The position numbers and the translations under genes were made by a program. Below, one piece after another: positions 49,350 to 59,460 of a stretch of 64,000 bases of DNA; the first letter of the stretch is position 1; each line of letters begins with the position of its first letter. This DNA is from an uncultured Rhodobacteraceae bacterium (lineage in GTDB: Bacteria > Pseudomonadota > Alphaproteobacteria > Rhodobacterales > Rhodobacteraceae): NCBI GenBank assembly GCA_937138255.1, contig CAKZOU010000033.1, forward strand, positions 14,622 to 78,621, in the 5' to 3' direction. The notes under the pieces were generated by a model. That model ran no database searches. It saw only the letters and a list, made by a program, of their open reading frames with translations, and was not told the origin of the DNA.

Positions 49350-49856
49350 CTATTCCTTGTCCCGAACAGCGACCTTGAGCAATTCGGCGCGCCGCTCAAG
49401 GCTCTCTGGAGACCAGGTCTCTTCCGTCACATAATACTCCTCGACGACCTTGTGCTCCGGCGGAAAGACGACCCAGGGCTGCTTGGTCGATGTGAAGATG
49501 TGCACATCGGGCGGCATCGCCGTGGGGTCGTCCAACGATCCGGCCCGGATGAATTTGAAATATCTCCGGTAGCCGCCGAAGTAATACTGGCTCCACACCG
49601 TCACCCGGCATTTCGGACAACGCGCCATCAGTTGCCCCTTGCCCCCCGGAGAAGGGATCATCATTTCCTCGACCTCACCCTGCAACAGGCTCACGCGATC
49701 AGCCTCGATGATCGCATTGGTGGCAAAGGCCGTGCCGGACTGGCGTTGGCACCATGTGCAATGGCAGCCGTGCACGACCAGAGGCCCCGAACCCATCCGG
49801 TAGCGCACATGGCCGCAGGTGCAGCCCCCGTCACAATGCTTGGAACCGTCCGGCAT
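49350..49856 (-). CDS. GFA-family (glutathione-dependent formaldehyde-activating / CENP-V-like) zinc protein
   Basis: Cys motifs CDGGCTCG, HGCHCTWCQRQSG and CPKC. The ATG at 49856 is preferred because GGGGAGAAG lies upstream; the longer ORF runs to 49874. Confidence 0.8.
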   Translation of the reverse strand: MPDGSKHCDGGCTCGHVRYRMGSGPLVVHGCHCTWCQRQSGTAFATNAIIEADRVSLLQGEVEEMMIPSPGGKGQLMARCPKCRVTVWSQYYFGGYRRYFKFIRAGSLDDPTAMPPDVHIFTSTKQPWVVFPPEHKVVEEYYVTEETWSPESLERRAELLKVAVRDKE

Positions 49857-49914
49857 GATCTTCTCCCCTGCCATCTAGAGGGTCAGCCTAGACCAATCCT
49901 GGAGAATCCCCAAA

Positions 49915-50706
49915 TCAGGCCCGATGGGCGCCGTCGGCGAGGCTTTTCACGAATGCCAGAATATCGGCCACGCTCTCGCCTTTGGCGATGCGCTCGACAA
50001 TGGCAGACCCCACCACCGCGCCATCAGCCACGCTGGCGATGGTCTGGGCGGCCTCGGGCGTCTTGATACCAAAGCCCACGATCACCGGAAGATCGGTCTT
50101 GGCCTTGATCTGTGCCACCTCGGGGCCGACATCACCTGCCACCGCGTTGGCCGCACCGGTGATCCCGGTGATCGAAACGTAATAGACGAAACCGGAGGTA
50201 TTGGTCAGAACCTTGGGCAGGCGCTTGTCGTCCGTGGTCGGCGTTGCCAGACGGATAAAATTCAGCCCCATCTTCTGCGCCGGAATGCACAGCTCGCCAT
50301 CCTCTTCGGGCGGCAGATCGACAACGATCAGGCCGTCGACACCCGCCTCTTTCGCATCGACAAGGAACTTGTCCACGCCGCGCGAATAGATCGGGTTGTA
50401 ATAGCCCATCATCACGACCGGGGTCTCGTTGTCGTCCTTGCGCAATTCGCGCACCATCTGGAGGGTTTTCTCAAGGGTCTGCCCCTGCGCGAGCGCCCGC
50501 TGACCGGCAAGCTGGATGGTCGGGCCATCGGCCATCGGGTCAGTGAAAGGCATCCCCAGCTCGATCACATCCACACCCGCCGCCGGCAGGCCTTTCACGA
50601 TCTCAAGCGAGGTCTCATAGTCCGGATCGCCCCCCATCACATAGGCGACAAAGCCCTTGCGGCCTTCAGCCTTGAGTTTGGCGAATTTGGCGTCGATCCG
50701 AGTCAT
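49915..50706 (-). CDS. trpA: Tryptophan synthase alpha chain
   Basis: 263 aa with the motifs [18 protein letters not shown] and VGFGI. Confidence 0.95.
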   Translation of the reverse strand: MTRIDAKFAKLKAEGRKGFVAYVMGGDPDYETSLEIVKGLPAAGVDVIELGMPFTDPMADGPTIQLAGQRALAQGQTLEKTLQMVRELRKDDNETPVVMMGYYNPIYSRGVDKFLVDAKEAGVDGLIVVDLPPEEDGELCIPAQKMGLNFIRLATPTTDDKRLPKVLTNTSGFVYYVSITGITGAANAVAGDVGPEVAQIKAKTDLPVIVGFGIKTPEAAQTIASVADGAVVGSAIVERIAKGESVADILAFVKSLADGAHRA

Positions 50707-50823
50707 CGTCTTTCCCTCACATGGTCCGAGCGGGTTTGCGGCATGGGCGGGGGAAAATCAAGCCTGAGCCGAGGCACATCCCCCCTTGGAGCAGGATTGT
50801 CGCAGGTTTGAGGTCGGAGAGGT

Positions 50824-51348
50824 TCAGCCGAAAATCGCCGACGGATGATCGGCCATATAGATGCGCAGCCACGGGGTATAGGCCTCGGGCCGCGCCGCAA
50901 TATCCGCCTCCAGCGCCTCGCGCGACATCCAGATGGTTTCCATGACCTCGTCGGGATTGGCTTGGAAGTCCAGATCGGCCGGCGCCTCGGCCACGAAAAG
51001 ATCGACGACCTCGTGCTCGGTCATTCCGCCGCCCACATCGGCACGGTATTCGACCTCCTGTTTCCAGACAGGATCAAGGCCGGTGATCCCAAGCTCCTGA
51101 GCAAGCCGCCTCTGGGCGCAGTCGCGTGGCGCCTCGCCCCACAGCGGATGGGTGCAGCAGGTGTTCGCCCAAAGGCCCGGCGTGTGATACTTGGCCAGCG
51201 CCCGGCGCTGCAACAGGATCTGATCGCCCGCCATGACGAAAACACTCACCGCGCGATGCTTGATCCCGCGCATATGCACCTCGAGCTTGTCGAGCGGCGC
51301 GAGGGCACCGTCAATCCATGCGGGGATCATCTGCGGGTTCTGGATCAT
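50824..51348 (-). CDS. idi: Isopentenyl-diphosphate delta-isomerase, type 1 (Nudix)
   Basis: 174 aa with the motifs HRAVSVFV, LLQRRALAKYHTPGLWANTCCTHP and EH. Confidence 0.9.
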   Translation of the reverse strand: MIQNPQMIPAWIDGALAPLDKLEVHMRGIKHRAVSVFVMAGDQILLQRRALAKYHTPGLWANTCCTHPLWGEAPRDCAQRRLAQELGITGLDPVWKQEVEYRADVGGGMTEHEVVDLFVAEAPADLDFQANPDEVMETIWMSREALEADIAARPEAYTPWLRIYMADHPSAIFG

Positions 51349-51505
51349 GGGGCAGCGCTTTGCGGCAAAGTGCCGTTCTTGCCAAGCCCCAAATTGCCCC
51401 GCCGACCGTGACCGATCCGCGCGGGGGCTTCAAAACGGCAGGGCTTTGGGATATTTTGCGCGCGTCCAGCCACTCTCAAGCAGAGTCGCCCCTATAGGAG
51501 CAATC

Positions 51506-51955
51506 ATGAAAAACATCGGATTTGCCGCAGCCTTGGCGCTGGCTGCCAGTGTCGCCTCGGCTCAGGACGCCCCTTCGGGCGATGCCGCCAATGGCGAAAC
51601 CCTGTTCGGACGCCAGTGCGTCTCCTGCCACTCGGCCATCAACGCCGAAGGCGAGGTTGTCGCCGGCCGTGGCGCCAAGACCGGCCCCAACCTTTTCGGC
51701 CTCTTGGGTCGCGTCATCGGATCGGTGGAGGGATTCCGCTATGGCGACTCGATCCTCGCAGTCGCCGCGACCGAAGCCGTTTGGGACGAGGCCCCATTTG
51801 TTGCCTATGTTCAGGATCCCACCGATTGGCTCCGCACCACATTGGGTGACGCCCGCGCACGATCGAAGATGGCCTTCAAGGTCAGGTCGGCTGAAGATGC
51901 CGCCGATATCTGGGCCTATCTGGCGACCTTCGGCGCCGACGAGGCCGGGCAATAG
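51506..51955 (+). CDS. Cytochrome c2-family soluble class I cytochrome c
   Basis: ORF trimmed to the ATG at 51506, preceded by AGGAG. It has a signal peptide ending ASAQD, the haem motif CVSCHS, and the c2-like blocks GAKTGPNLFG and MAFK. Confidence 0.85.
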   Translation: MKNIGFAAALALAASVASAQDAPSGDAANGETLFGRQCVSCHSAINAEGEVVAGRGAKTGPNLFGLLGRVIGSVEGFRYGDSILAVAATEAVWDEAPFVAYVQDPTDWLRTTLGDARARSKMAFKVRSAEDAADIWAYLATFGADEAGQ

Positions 51956-51970
51956 CCCCATTCCGCAAAG

Positions 51971-52008
51971 ATGGCCGCCCCGCACCACTGCCGGGCGGCC
52001 ATTTCTTT
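51971..52008 (+). terminator. Rho-independent terminator after the cytochrome c2 gene
   Basis: ATGGCCGCCC-(12 nt)-GGGCGGCCAT followed by TTCTTT. Confidence 0.75.
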
Positions 52009-52056
52009 GACATAGCCAGCCGCTTTGCTAGGGTCCTGAGACCCGGCACCTGACCA

Positions 52057-52407
52057 ATGAGACCCAAGATGCAGACCTCCGAATATCGTGTCGAGCCGGC
52101 CCCGCGCCGGGGAACCAAGGCCAAGGGCCTCAAGACAACAGAAGACCGGTTCGCCGCGGCGCTGACCGCCAAGCTCAACGAGATGGCAGCCGAGGGCTGG
52201 GACTATCTGCGCGCCGACACTCTGCCTTGCGACGAACGCAGCGGCATCGCCGGCCGCAGCACGACCTATCACAGCGTTCTGATCTTCGGCCGGGCGAAGG
52301 CCGACGAACCCAAAGCCGAGGCCCCGGCCGCACTGGCCGCCCCCGAGGCAAGCCCGCCCGCGGCCCTTCCCGCCGCCGAAAGCGATGCGCCCAAAAGCGC
52401 CGAGTGA
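52057..52407 (+). CDS. Hypothetical protein (DUF4177-like)
   Basis: 116 aa; the core EYRV...LNEMAAEGWDYL resembles DUF4177, followed by an Ala/Pro-rich tail. The start is uncertain (52057 or 52069). Confidence 0.5.
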   Translation: MRPKMQTSEYRVEPAPRRGTKAKGLKTTEDRFAAALTAKLNEMAAEGWDYLRADTLPCDERSGIAGRSTTYHSVLIFGRAKADEPKAEAPAALAAPEASPPAALPAAESDAPKSAE

Positions 52408-52662
52408 TCAGCGGATATCAATCGCCAGCGCGTGAATGCGGCCGATGATATCCGCGCCCAAGGCGGCATGGATTGCGCGATGCCGGGCGAGACGGTTCAT
52501 CCCGTCAAAGTGCGCCGAGGAAATCACGATCTGCCAATGGCTTTCGCCGCCGTCCTGATAGCCCGCATGGCCGCGGTGCTTTTCGCTGTCGTCGTGAACT
52601 TCTAGAAGCGTCGGCGCAAAGGCCTCGGTCAGACGTGTGGCCATTAGATCGGCAATTCTCAT
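52408..52662 (-). CDS. bolA: BolA-family protein
   Basis: ORF trimmed to the ATG at 52662, preceded by GAGGAAAA. BolA-type sequence (EVHDDSEKHRGHAG...FDGMNRLARHRAIH). Confidence 0.8.
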   Translation of the reverse strand: MRIADLMATRLTEAFAPTLLEVHDDSEKHRGHAGYQDGGESHWQIVISSAHFDGMNRLARHRAIHAALGADIIGRIHALAIDIR

Positions 52663-52730
52663 AAATTTTCCTCTGCCCCCTTCAATCTCCGGTCTCAAGG
52701 TTTAAACTGCTGCGTCCGAGTCGGAAAGGT

Positions 52731-53369
52731 ATGCCCATGGTTAAGACAGACCCGTTTGGCTTCGATATGTCGGTATCGGCTTCGAAGAAGAAGAACCCGC
52801 GCGGCCGGCGCGGGATGTCTGGCGCTTTCGATACGTCGACCCGCGTCTGCGACCATCCGGGCTGTGAGGAAGCGGGCAAATACCGGGCGCCGAAATCGCC
52901 CGATGTGCTTGATGACTTCTTCTGGTTCTGCAAGGACCATGTGCGCGAATATAACCTAAAGTGGAACTTCTTCGACGGCGCCTCGGAACAGGAATATCTC
53001 GAGCAGGTCGACAAGGATCGCGTTTGGGAACGCCCGACCAAACCTTTCGGCAAGCGTTCCGAAGAACAGCGGGCCTGGGCGCGCCTCGGCGTTGATGATC
53101 CGCACCAGGTCTTGGGTGAAAACGCGACCCGCAATCCGGGCAAGAACGCAACCGGCACCCGCCGCCTGCCTCCGACCGAGCGCCGCGCGGTCGATATCCT
53201 CGAGGTCAAGGATTCGATGACCAAGGCCGAGATCCGCAAGAGCTACAAGGCGCTGATCAAGGTTCTGCACCCCGATATGAACGGCGGCGACCGGAGCCAG
53301 GAAGAACAGCTGGCTGAAGTTGTCTGGGCCTGGGATCAGATCAAGGTCAGCCGGAACTTCGCCGACTAG
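52731..53369 (+). CDS. J-domain protein with an N-terminal Cys-rich region
   Basis: C-terminal J domain with HPD (KSYKALIKVLHPDMNGGD). The N-terminus contains CDHPGCEE...FWFCKDH. Confidence 0.8.
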   Translation: MPMVKTDPFGFDMSVSASKKKNPRGRRGMSGAFDTSTRVCDHPGCEEAGKYRAPKSPDVLDDFFWFCKDHVREYNLKWNFFDGASEQEYLEQVDKDRVWERPTKPFGKRSEEQRAWARLGVDDPHQVLGENATRNPGKNATGTRRLPPTERRAVDILEVKDSMTKAEIRKSYKALIKVLHPDMNGGDRSQEEQLAEVVWAWDQIKVSRNFAD

Positions 53370-53836
53370 AGCGCTGGTCCCGCAAGGCTCCTCCAGCGGC
53401 GCACCGCGCGGTGTGTAAGAGCGAGGGTTGCCAAAAGCCCCACCGCTGCCGCCGGGACCGCAAGAAGCGTGATGCAAACCGCAAGCGGCGCGAACATCGT
53501 CCCAAAAACCGGCAGGACCATCGTTCCGCCAGCGATTGCGGCGATGAGCGAGAACTTGATGCCGCCGAGGATCGCCCGAAAAGCGCCCCTGAACCCCGGC
53601 CAACCAAAGTCCTCCCACGAGACCGCAAGCCCGGCCCAAGCTCCGACGGCGCCGGAGAGCGCCACCCAGAGCCCGTAGGAAAGAGGCAGGGCCCCACCTG
53701 CAAGCCGCAATACGGCGACAAGTGCCAAGGTCGCTCCACTGGCGAGGATGAGGCCACTTGCCAAGGCAAGTCCATCGCCCAGCACATGGCCGGAGCGCCG
53801 CAGGGTCGGCAGTTGTAGCGTCAGGGCAGCAGACAT
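53366..53836 (-). CDS. Hypothetical small membrane protein
   Basis: ORF 53366..53890 trimmed to the ATG at 53836. It has four predicted hydrophobic helices, no recognisable family and a weak SD. Confidence 0.45.
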   Translation of the reverse strand: MSAALTLQLPTLRRSGHVLGDGLALASGLILASGATLALVAVLRLAGGALPLSYGLWVALSGAVGAWAGLAVSWEDFGWPGFRGAFRAILGGIKFSLIAAIAGGTMVLPVFGTMFAPLAVCITLLAVPAAAVGLLATLALTHRAVRRWRSLAGPAL

Positions 53837-54019
53837 CGTGGGCCCACCCTGCCGTCTTGACAGGCGCAGGGCCAGAGGCGGCAGCGGCAACGCTCTGTTT
53901 CCCTACTGGCAAAAACCGGCCCGAGACCCGATATATCGCCTCAGCCCCTTCCCCTTGCAGACGCTTGGGATATGGTGCATCCCGAACAGCGAAAAGACGC
54001 CCAGACGAAAGCATCCCCC

Positions 54020-55006
54020 ATGGCCGACGGAATGACCGATATCAACGCGAAACCCACCGAAGAGATCTCGGTCCGCGATGTCTTTGGCATCGACACCGAA
54101 ATGAAGGTGAAGGGCTTTGCCGAACGTGGCGACCGCGTGCCGGATATCGACCCCACCTACAAGTTCGATCCCGACACTACACTCGCGATCCTCGCAGGCT
54201 TTGGCTACAACCGCCGTGTGATGATCCAGGGCTATCACGGCACCGGCAAATCGACCCATATCGAACAGGTTGCCGCGCGGCTCAACTGGCCTTGCGTTCG
54301 CGTCAACCTCGACAGCCACATCAGTCGGATCGACCTCATCGGCAAGGACGCGATCAAGCTCAAGGATGGCAAGCAGGTCACCGAGTTTCACGAGGGCATC
54401 CTGCCTTGGGCGCTTCGCAATCCCGTTGCTATCGTCTTTGACGAATACGATGCGGGTCGCGCCGACGTGATGTTCGTGATCCAGCGGGTTCTCGAGCATG
54501 ACGGCAAGCTCACGCTGATGGATCAAAACGAGATCATCACGCCCAACCCCTATTTCCGCCTCTTCGCCACGGCCAACACCGTGGGCCTTGGCGATACCAC
54601 GGGCCTCTATCACGGCACCCAGCAGATCAACCAGGCGCAGATGGACCGTTGGAGCCTTGTCGCCACGCTGAACTATCTCAGCCACGACGCCGAAACCGCG
54701 ATCGTTCTGTCGAAGGCGCCGCATTACAACACCGACAAGGGCCGCAAGACGATCAGCCAGATGGTGACCGTCGCCGACCTGACCCGCACCGCCTTCATGA
54801 ACGGCGACCTCTCGACCGTGATGAGCCCGCGCACCGTGATCGCCTGGGCCCAGAATGCAGAGATCTTCCGCAACGTGGGCTATGCGTTCCGTCTGTCTTT
54901 CCTGAACAAATGCGATGAGCTGGAGCGCCAGACCGTTGCCGAGTTCTATCAGCGTTGTTTTGACGAGGAGCTTCCCGAAAGTGCTGCGTCTCTCTCACTG
55001 GGCTAA
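54020..55006 (+). CDS. cobS: CobS-type AAA+ ATPase (aerobic cobaltochelatase small subunit family)
   Basis: Walker [10 protein letters not shown] and CobS-typical blocks ([42 protein letters not shown]). The start is approximate (54020 or 54032). Confidence 0.9.
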   Translation: MADGMTDINAKPTEEISVRDVFGIDTEMKVKGFAERGDRVPDIDPTYKFDPDTTLAILAGFGYNRRVMIQGYHGTGKSTHIEQVAARLNWPCVRVNLDSHISRIDLIGKDAIKLKDGKQVTEFHEGILPWALRNPVAIVFDEYDAGRADVMFVIQRVLEHDGKLTLMDQNEIITPNPYFRLFATANTVGLGDTTGLYHGTQQINQAQMDRWSLVATLNYLSHDAETAIVLSKAPHYNTDKGRKTISQMVTVADLTRTAFMNGDLSTVMSPRTVIAWAQNAEIFRNVGYAFRLSFLNKCDELERQTVAEFYQRCFDEELPESAASLSLG

Positions 55007-55364
55007 ACTGCCCGCCGCCATCGCTTTGGCCGTCTCGGCCACCGTCGCCTCCGCTCAGGGGCTCGACAGCCTGCCCGAAGAGCAGCAGCTCGGCTATTGC
55101 GCGACCTTCTACATGGCCGAACAGCAGGCTTCGGGAGCCGAGGAAAGCGCGCTTGCCACGGCCTTCCTGCTGCTGGCCGCGCAGATCTCGGAGCAAGAGA
55201 CCGAAGCGCTCGCCGAGAAGCTGCAGCCGGCGGCCGATATGCTGATCGAAACCTTCCAGAAACAAGCCGAGAGCATGACATCGCAGATGATGATCGATTT
55301 CTCGCGCAGCTTCTGTGAGGGGATCACCGAAAACTATGACGAAACGCGCGGCCTTCTCGAGTGA
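54981..55364 (+). CDS. Small exported hypothetical protein between cobS and cobT
   Basis: A GTG at 54981 yields a Sec signal peptide ([25 protein letters not shown]|QG). GC3 is high throughout. The ORF overlaps cobS by 26 nt, and its TGA overlaps the cobT GTG (GTGA). Confidence 0.55.
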   Translation: MLRLSHWAKLPAAIALAVSATVASAQGLDSLPEEQQLGYCATFYMAEQQASGAEESALATAFLLLAAQISEQETEALAEKLQPAADMLIETFQKQAESMTSQMMIDFSRSFCEGITENYDETRGLLE

Positions 55365-57235
55365 ACAAACCCTCCGACAACCCGGCTGATCCGTTCAAGA
55401 AGGCGCTCGCCGAGGCCACCAAGGTCATGGCGGACGATCCCGATCTGACGGTCAGCTATTCGGTTGATCCGCCGGGGATGACCGCCGACACAGTGCGCCT
55501 GCCGCAGGTGTCGCGCCGGATGACCCGCGAGGAGGTCTTGCTGGCCCGCGGCACGGCGGACGCCTTCGCGCTGCGCCGCAAGTTTCACGATGATGCCGTG
55601 GCCGCGAAATATGCCCCCCAAGGCCAGATGGCGCGCGATCTTTTCGACGCGATGGAAAACGCCCGCGTCGAAGCGGTGGGTGCCCGCTATATGCCCGGCA
55701 CCGCTGGCAACATCGACGCCAAGATCGCCAACGAGGCCCGCCGCAAGGGCTATGACCAGATCACCCAAGCGTCGGACGCGCCTTTGGCCACCGCCGCCGG
55801 CTATCTGATCCGCCACCTCGCAACAGGGCGCCCCCTGCCCGCAGGCGCCGACAATGTGATGGAGCTTTGGCGCGGGTTCATCGAGGATCAGGCAGGCGGC
55901 ACGCTTGACGGGCTTGAAAGCGCTCTAACCAGTCAAAAGGATTTCGCCCGCTTCGCACGCCAGATCATCTCCGATCTCGGCTATGGCGATCAACTGGGCG
56001 ACGATCCCGACCTGAACGACGATCAGGACGACGAGGCGCAGGACGAGGCCGCCGACGAAGAGCAGCAAGACAATCAGGGCGAGGACGACAGCGACGGCGA
56101 AGAGGCCGAGGCCAACCCCGAGCAATCGCAGGACCAGACGCAGGACGAGAGCCAGGCGCAGGTGACGCTCGACGAGATGTCGGGCGATGAAGACACCGAA
56201 GAGACCGAGATGCCCGAGGGCGAGGCGCCGCTCGATCCGCCGCCGCCCCCGCCCCTGTCGGATGCCGATCCCAACTACAAAGCCTATGTCACCGAGTTCG
56301 ACGAGGAAATCGGCGCCGAAGAGCTGGCCGAACAGGCCGAGCTCGAGCGCCTGCGCGCCTATCTCGACCAGCAACTCGACCCGCTCAAAGGCGCGGTGAG
56401 CCGCCTTGCCAACAAGCTCCAGCGCCGCTTGCAGGCGCAGCAGAACCGAAGCTGGGAGTTTGACCGCGAGGAAGGCATCCTCGATGCCGGCCGCCTCGCC
56501 CGCGTTGTGGCCAACCCGACGACGCCTCTCTCGTTCAAGGTCGAGAAAGACACCGAGTTCCGCGACACCGTGGTGACCCTTTTGATCGACAATTCCGGCT
56601 CGATGCGTGGCCGCCCGATCTCCATCGCCGCGATCTGTGCCGATGTTCTGGCCCGCACGCTCGAACGCTGCGCCGTGAAGGTCGAGATCCTCGGCTTCAC
56701 CACCCGCGCCTGGAAAGGCGGCCTCAGCCGCGAGAAATGGCTCGCCCAAGGGCGCGAGCTGCAGCCCGGCCGCCTGAATGACCTGCGCCACATCGTCTAT
56801 AAATCCGCCGACGCGCCGTGGCGGCGCACGCGCGAGAACCTTGGACTGATGATGAAGGAAGGGCTCCTGAAGGAGAACATCGACGGCGAGGCGCTCGAAT
56901 GGGCACACCGGCGGCTTTTGGGGCGGCGCGAGCAGCGCAAGATCCTCATGGTGATCTCGGATGGCGCGCCGGTGGACGACTCAACTTTGTCGGTCAACCC
57001 CGCGAATTATCTGGAAAAACACCTGCGCGACGTGATCGCAATGGTGGAAAAGCGCAAGGCTGTCGAACTTCTCGCCATCGGCATCGGCCACGACGTGACC
57101 CGCTATTACCAGCGCGCCGTGACCATCACCGATGTCGAGCAACTCGCGGGCGCCATGACCGAGCAACTCGCCAGCCTCTTTGACAGCGATCCGCGCAAAC
57201 GCGCGCGGATTCTGGGGATGAAGAAGGTCGGATAA
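55361..57235 (+). CDS. cobT: CobT-type von Willebrand A protein (cobaltochelatase subunit family)
   Basis: 624 aa with a central acidic tract ([31 protein letters not shown]) and a C-terminal vWA MIDAS motif (LIDNSGSM). Confidence 0.9.
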   Translation: MNKPSDNPADPFKKALAEATKVMADDPDLTVSYSVDPPGMTADTVRLPQVSRRMTREEVLLARGTADAFALRRKFHDDAVAAKYAPQGQMARDLFDAMENARVEAVGARYMPGTAGNIDAKIANEARRKGYDQITQASDAPLATAAGYLIRHLATGRPLPAGADNVMELWRGFIEDQAGGTLDGLESALTSQKDFARFARQIISDLGYGDQLGDDPDLNDDQDDEAQDEAADEEQQDNQGEDDSDGEEAEANPEQSQDQTQDESQAQVTLDEMSGDEDTEETEMPEGEAPLDPPPPPPLSDADPNYKAYVTEFDEEIGAEELAEQAELERLRAYLDQQLDPLKGAVSRLANKLQRRLQAQQNRSWEFDREEGILDAGRLARVVANPTTPLSFKVEKDTEFRDTVVTLLIDNSGSMRGRPISIAAICADVLARTLERCAVKVEILGFTTRAWKGGLSREKWLAQGRELQPGRLNDLRHIVYKSADAPWRRTRENLGLMMKEGLLKENIDGEALEWAHRRLLGRREQRKILMVISDGAPVDDSTLSVNPANYLEKHLRDVIAMVEKRKAVELLAIGIGHDVTRYYQRAVTITDVEQLAGAMTEQLASLFDSDPRKRARILGMKKVG

Positions 57236-57285
57236 CCGACTGCAATCATTTATTTAAGATCGGGCTAGGCCCTTGGGAGTCTGAA

Positions 57286-59091
57286 ATGTTCCAATCCTTC
57301 GAGTCCACCTCTTCGCCCGAACAAGGCCCGGCCCGCCTCGCGGCGCTTCGTGCCGAAATCGCCGCAGAGGGCCTCGCGGGCTTCATCGTCCCCCGCGCCG
57401 ATGCGCATCAGGGTGAGTATGTGGCCGATTGCGATGCCCGCCTCGCCTGGCTTTCGGGCTTTACCGGTTCCGCCGGCTTTTGCGCTGTCCTACCCGAGAT
57501 CGCGGGCGTTTTCGTCGATGGCCGCTATCGCCTTCAGGTCCGCTCGCAGGTCGCGCTCGAGGCTTTCACCCCCGTTGACTGGCCCGAGGTCGGCCTTGCC
57601 GACTGGCTGATCGAGCATCTGCCCGAAGGGGGCGAAGTCGGCTTCGACCCGTGGCTCCATAGCGTCGACGAGATCACCAAGCTCCGCGCCAAGCTGACCC
57701 CCAAGCGCATCGCCCTCACGCCCATCGCCAACCTCGTGGACCGCATCTGGCAGGATCGGCCCGCCCCGCCCAGCGCCCCTTTTGAGGCCTATCCGCTGGA
57801 CCATGCGGGCGAGGCACATGAGGCCAAGCTGACGCGTCTGGGCAAGGCGCTCGAGGACGGCGGCTATGCTGCGGCGGCGATCACGCTGACCGACAGCGTG
57901 GCGTGGCTCCTCAACATTCGCGGCCATGATATCCAGTGCAACCCCGTCCCCCATGCCTTTGCGATCCTCAATGCCGACGGCACCTGCGATCTCTTCTGCC
58001 GCGCGGGCAAGGCCGATGCGGTAGCGGCCCATCTGGGCAGCAAGGTCCGCCTGCAGGACGAAGAGGATTTCGCCACGGTTCTCGCCTCGGGCGAGGGCAA
58101 GGTGCTTCTCGATGCCCGCTCCGGCCCGCAGGCGCTGGCCGATGCGATGGACGCGGCCGACCGGCCCTGGGAGGCGGGTGCCGATCCTTGCGTCCTGCCC
58201 AAGGCCTGCAAGAACGAGACCGAGATTGAAGGAATGCGCGAGGCGCATCTGCGGGATGGCGCGGCAGTATGCCGGTTCCTCGCATGGATGGCATCCGAGG
58301 CCCCCAAGGGCGGCCTGACCGAGATCGACGTGGCGACCGCCCTCGAGGGTTTTCGGCGCGATACCAATGCGCTTCTCGATATCAGCTTCGAGTCCATCGT
58401 CGGCGCCGGCCCCAACGGCGCGATCATGCACTACCGCGTCACCCACGAGACCAACCGCCCAGTGAAGGCGGGCGAGTTGGTGGTGGTCGATTCCGGCGGC
58501 CAGTATCTCGACGGGACCACCGATATCACCCGCACCGTGGGGGTGGGCGCGGTTGGCGAGGACGAAAAGCGCTGCTACACCCGCGTGTTGCAGGGGATGA
58601 TCGCGATCAGCCGCGCGCGGTTCCCCAAGGGCGTGGCCGGAGCCCACCTTGACGCGCTCGCCCGTTTCCCGCTTTGGGCCGAGGGCAAGGATTTCGACCA
58701 TGGCACGGGCCACGGCGTCGGTGCCTATCTCTGCGTCCACGAAGGGCCGCAGCGGATCAGCCGCGTGTCGGACATCCCGCTCGAGCCGGGGATGATCCTG
58801 TCGAACGAGCCGGGCTATTATCGCAACGGCGCCTTCGGCATCCGCATCGAGAACCTGATCGTCGTGAAGGCGGGCGAGGCCATTGAAGGCGGCGATCCGC
58901 AGCGCAAGCTCCTGTCGTTCGAGACCATCACCTTCGCTCCCCTCGACCGCGCCCTGATCGTGACGAGCCTTTTGTCGCAGGACGAACGCGCCTGGATCGA
59001 CGATTATCACGCACAAACGCTGACCAAGATCGCCCCCCGCCTCGACGGGGCGGCTCTTGACTGGCTCAAAGGTGCTTGCGCCCCGCTCTGA
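57286..59091 (+). CDS. pepP: Xaa-Pro aminopeptidase (M24B, aminopeptidase P family)
   Basis: 601 aa with the metal ligand blocks VVDSGGQY, HGTGHGVG and SNEPGYY. Confidence 0.9.
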   Translation: MFQSFESTSSPEQGPARLAALRAEIAAEGLAGFIVPRADAHQGEYVADCDARLAWLSGFTGSAGFCAVLPEIAGVFVDGRYRLQVRSQVALEAFTPVDWPEVGLADWLIEHLPEGGEVGFDPWLHSVDEITKLRAKLTPKRIALTPIANLVDRIWQDRPAPPSAPFEAYPLDHAGEAHEAKLTRLGKALEDGGYAAAAITLTDSVAWLLNIRGHDIQCNPVPHAFAILNADGTCDLFCRAGKADAVAAHLGSKVRLQDEEDFATVLASGEGKVLLDARSGPQALADAMDAADRPWEAGADPCVLPKACKNETEIEGMREAHLRDGAAVCRFLAWMASEAPKGGLTEIDVATALEGFRRDTNALLDISFESIVGAGPNGAIMHYRVTHETNRPVKAGELVVVDSGGQYLDGTTDITRTVGVGAVGEDEKRCYTRVLQGMIAISRARFPKGVAGAHLDALARFPLWAEGKDFDHGTGHGVGAYLCVHEGPQRISRVSDIPLEPGMILSNEPGYYRNGAFGIRIENLIVVKAGEAIEGGDPQRKLLSFETITFAPLDRALIVTSLLSQDERAWIDDYHAQTLTKIAPRLDGAALDWLKGACAPL

Positions 59092-59112
59092 GGGCAATTT
59101 TTGGAGGGGCAG

Positions 59113-59454
59113 ATGCCCGAACGTTTCAAGATCCGCCCCCTCGAGGGCACATGGGTGGTGCGCGCCGGCGGGGCCATCCTGGCCGAGACCGACAATGCGC
59201 TGGAACTGAACGAAGGCGATCTGCCGCCCGTCATCTATTTCCCGCGCTCGGATATCGCCATGGCTTTTCTTGAGGCAACCGACACCCACGCGACCTGCAT
59301 CCACAAGGGCGAAGCTCATTACTACACGATCGTCGCCAAAAGCGGCCCGATCAAGGACGCAGCCTGGACCTATGCCGAGCCGAAAAAGCCGGTGGGCGAG
59401 ATCGCGTGCTACATCGCTTTTGACACCGAACGAGTGGCGGTCGAAGAGCTCTAG
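59113..59454 (+). CDS. DUF427-domain protein
   Basis: ATG at 59113 preceded by GGAGGGG. Family-like blocks PPVIYFPRSDI and TCIHKGEAHYY. Confidence 0.75.
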   Translation: MPERFKIRPLEGTWVVRAGGAILAETDNALELNEGDLPPVIYFPRSDIAMAFLEATDTHATCIHKGEAHYYTIVAKSGPIKDAAWTYAEPKKPVGEIACYIAFDTERVAVEEL

Positions 59455-59460
59455 CGCCCC

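Noticed and set aside
53837-54019. A possible cobalamin riboswitch upstream of cobS.
   Set aside because: I could not find a B12-box-like core or the multi-stem architecture. The region is also shared with a divergent membrane-protein gene.
55990-56200. A repetitive-looking GAC/GAG/CAG-rich DNA stretch inside cobT that might be a tandem repeat or array.
   Set aside because: It is in frame and encodes the acidic Asp/Glu/Gln linker typical of CobT proteins. It has no fixed repeat unit and no spacer structure.
57490-59319. A 609-aa ORF antisense to pepP and the DUF427 gene.
   Set aside because: pepP carries all M24 metal-ligand blocks on the + strand. The antisense ORF is a GC-rich shadow frame.
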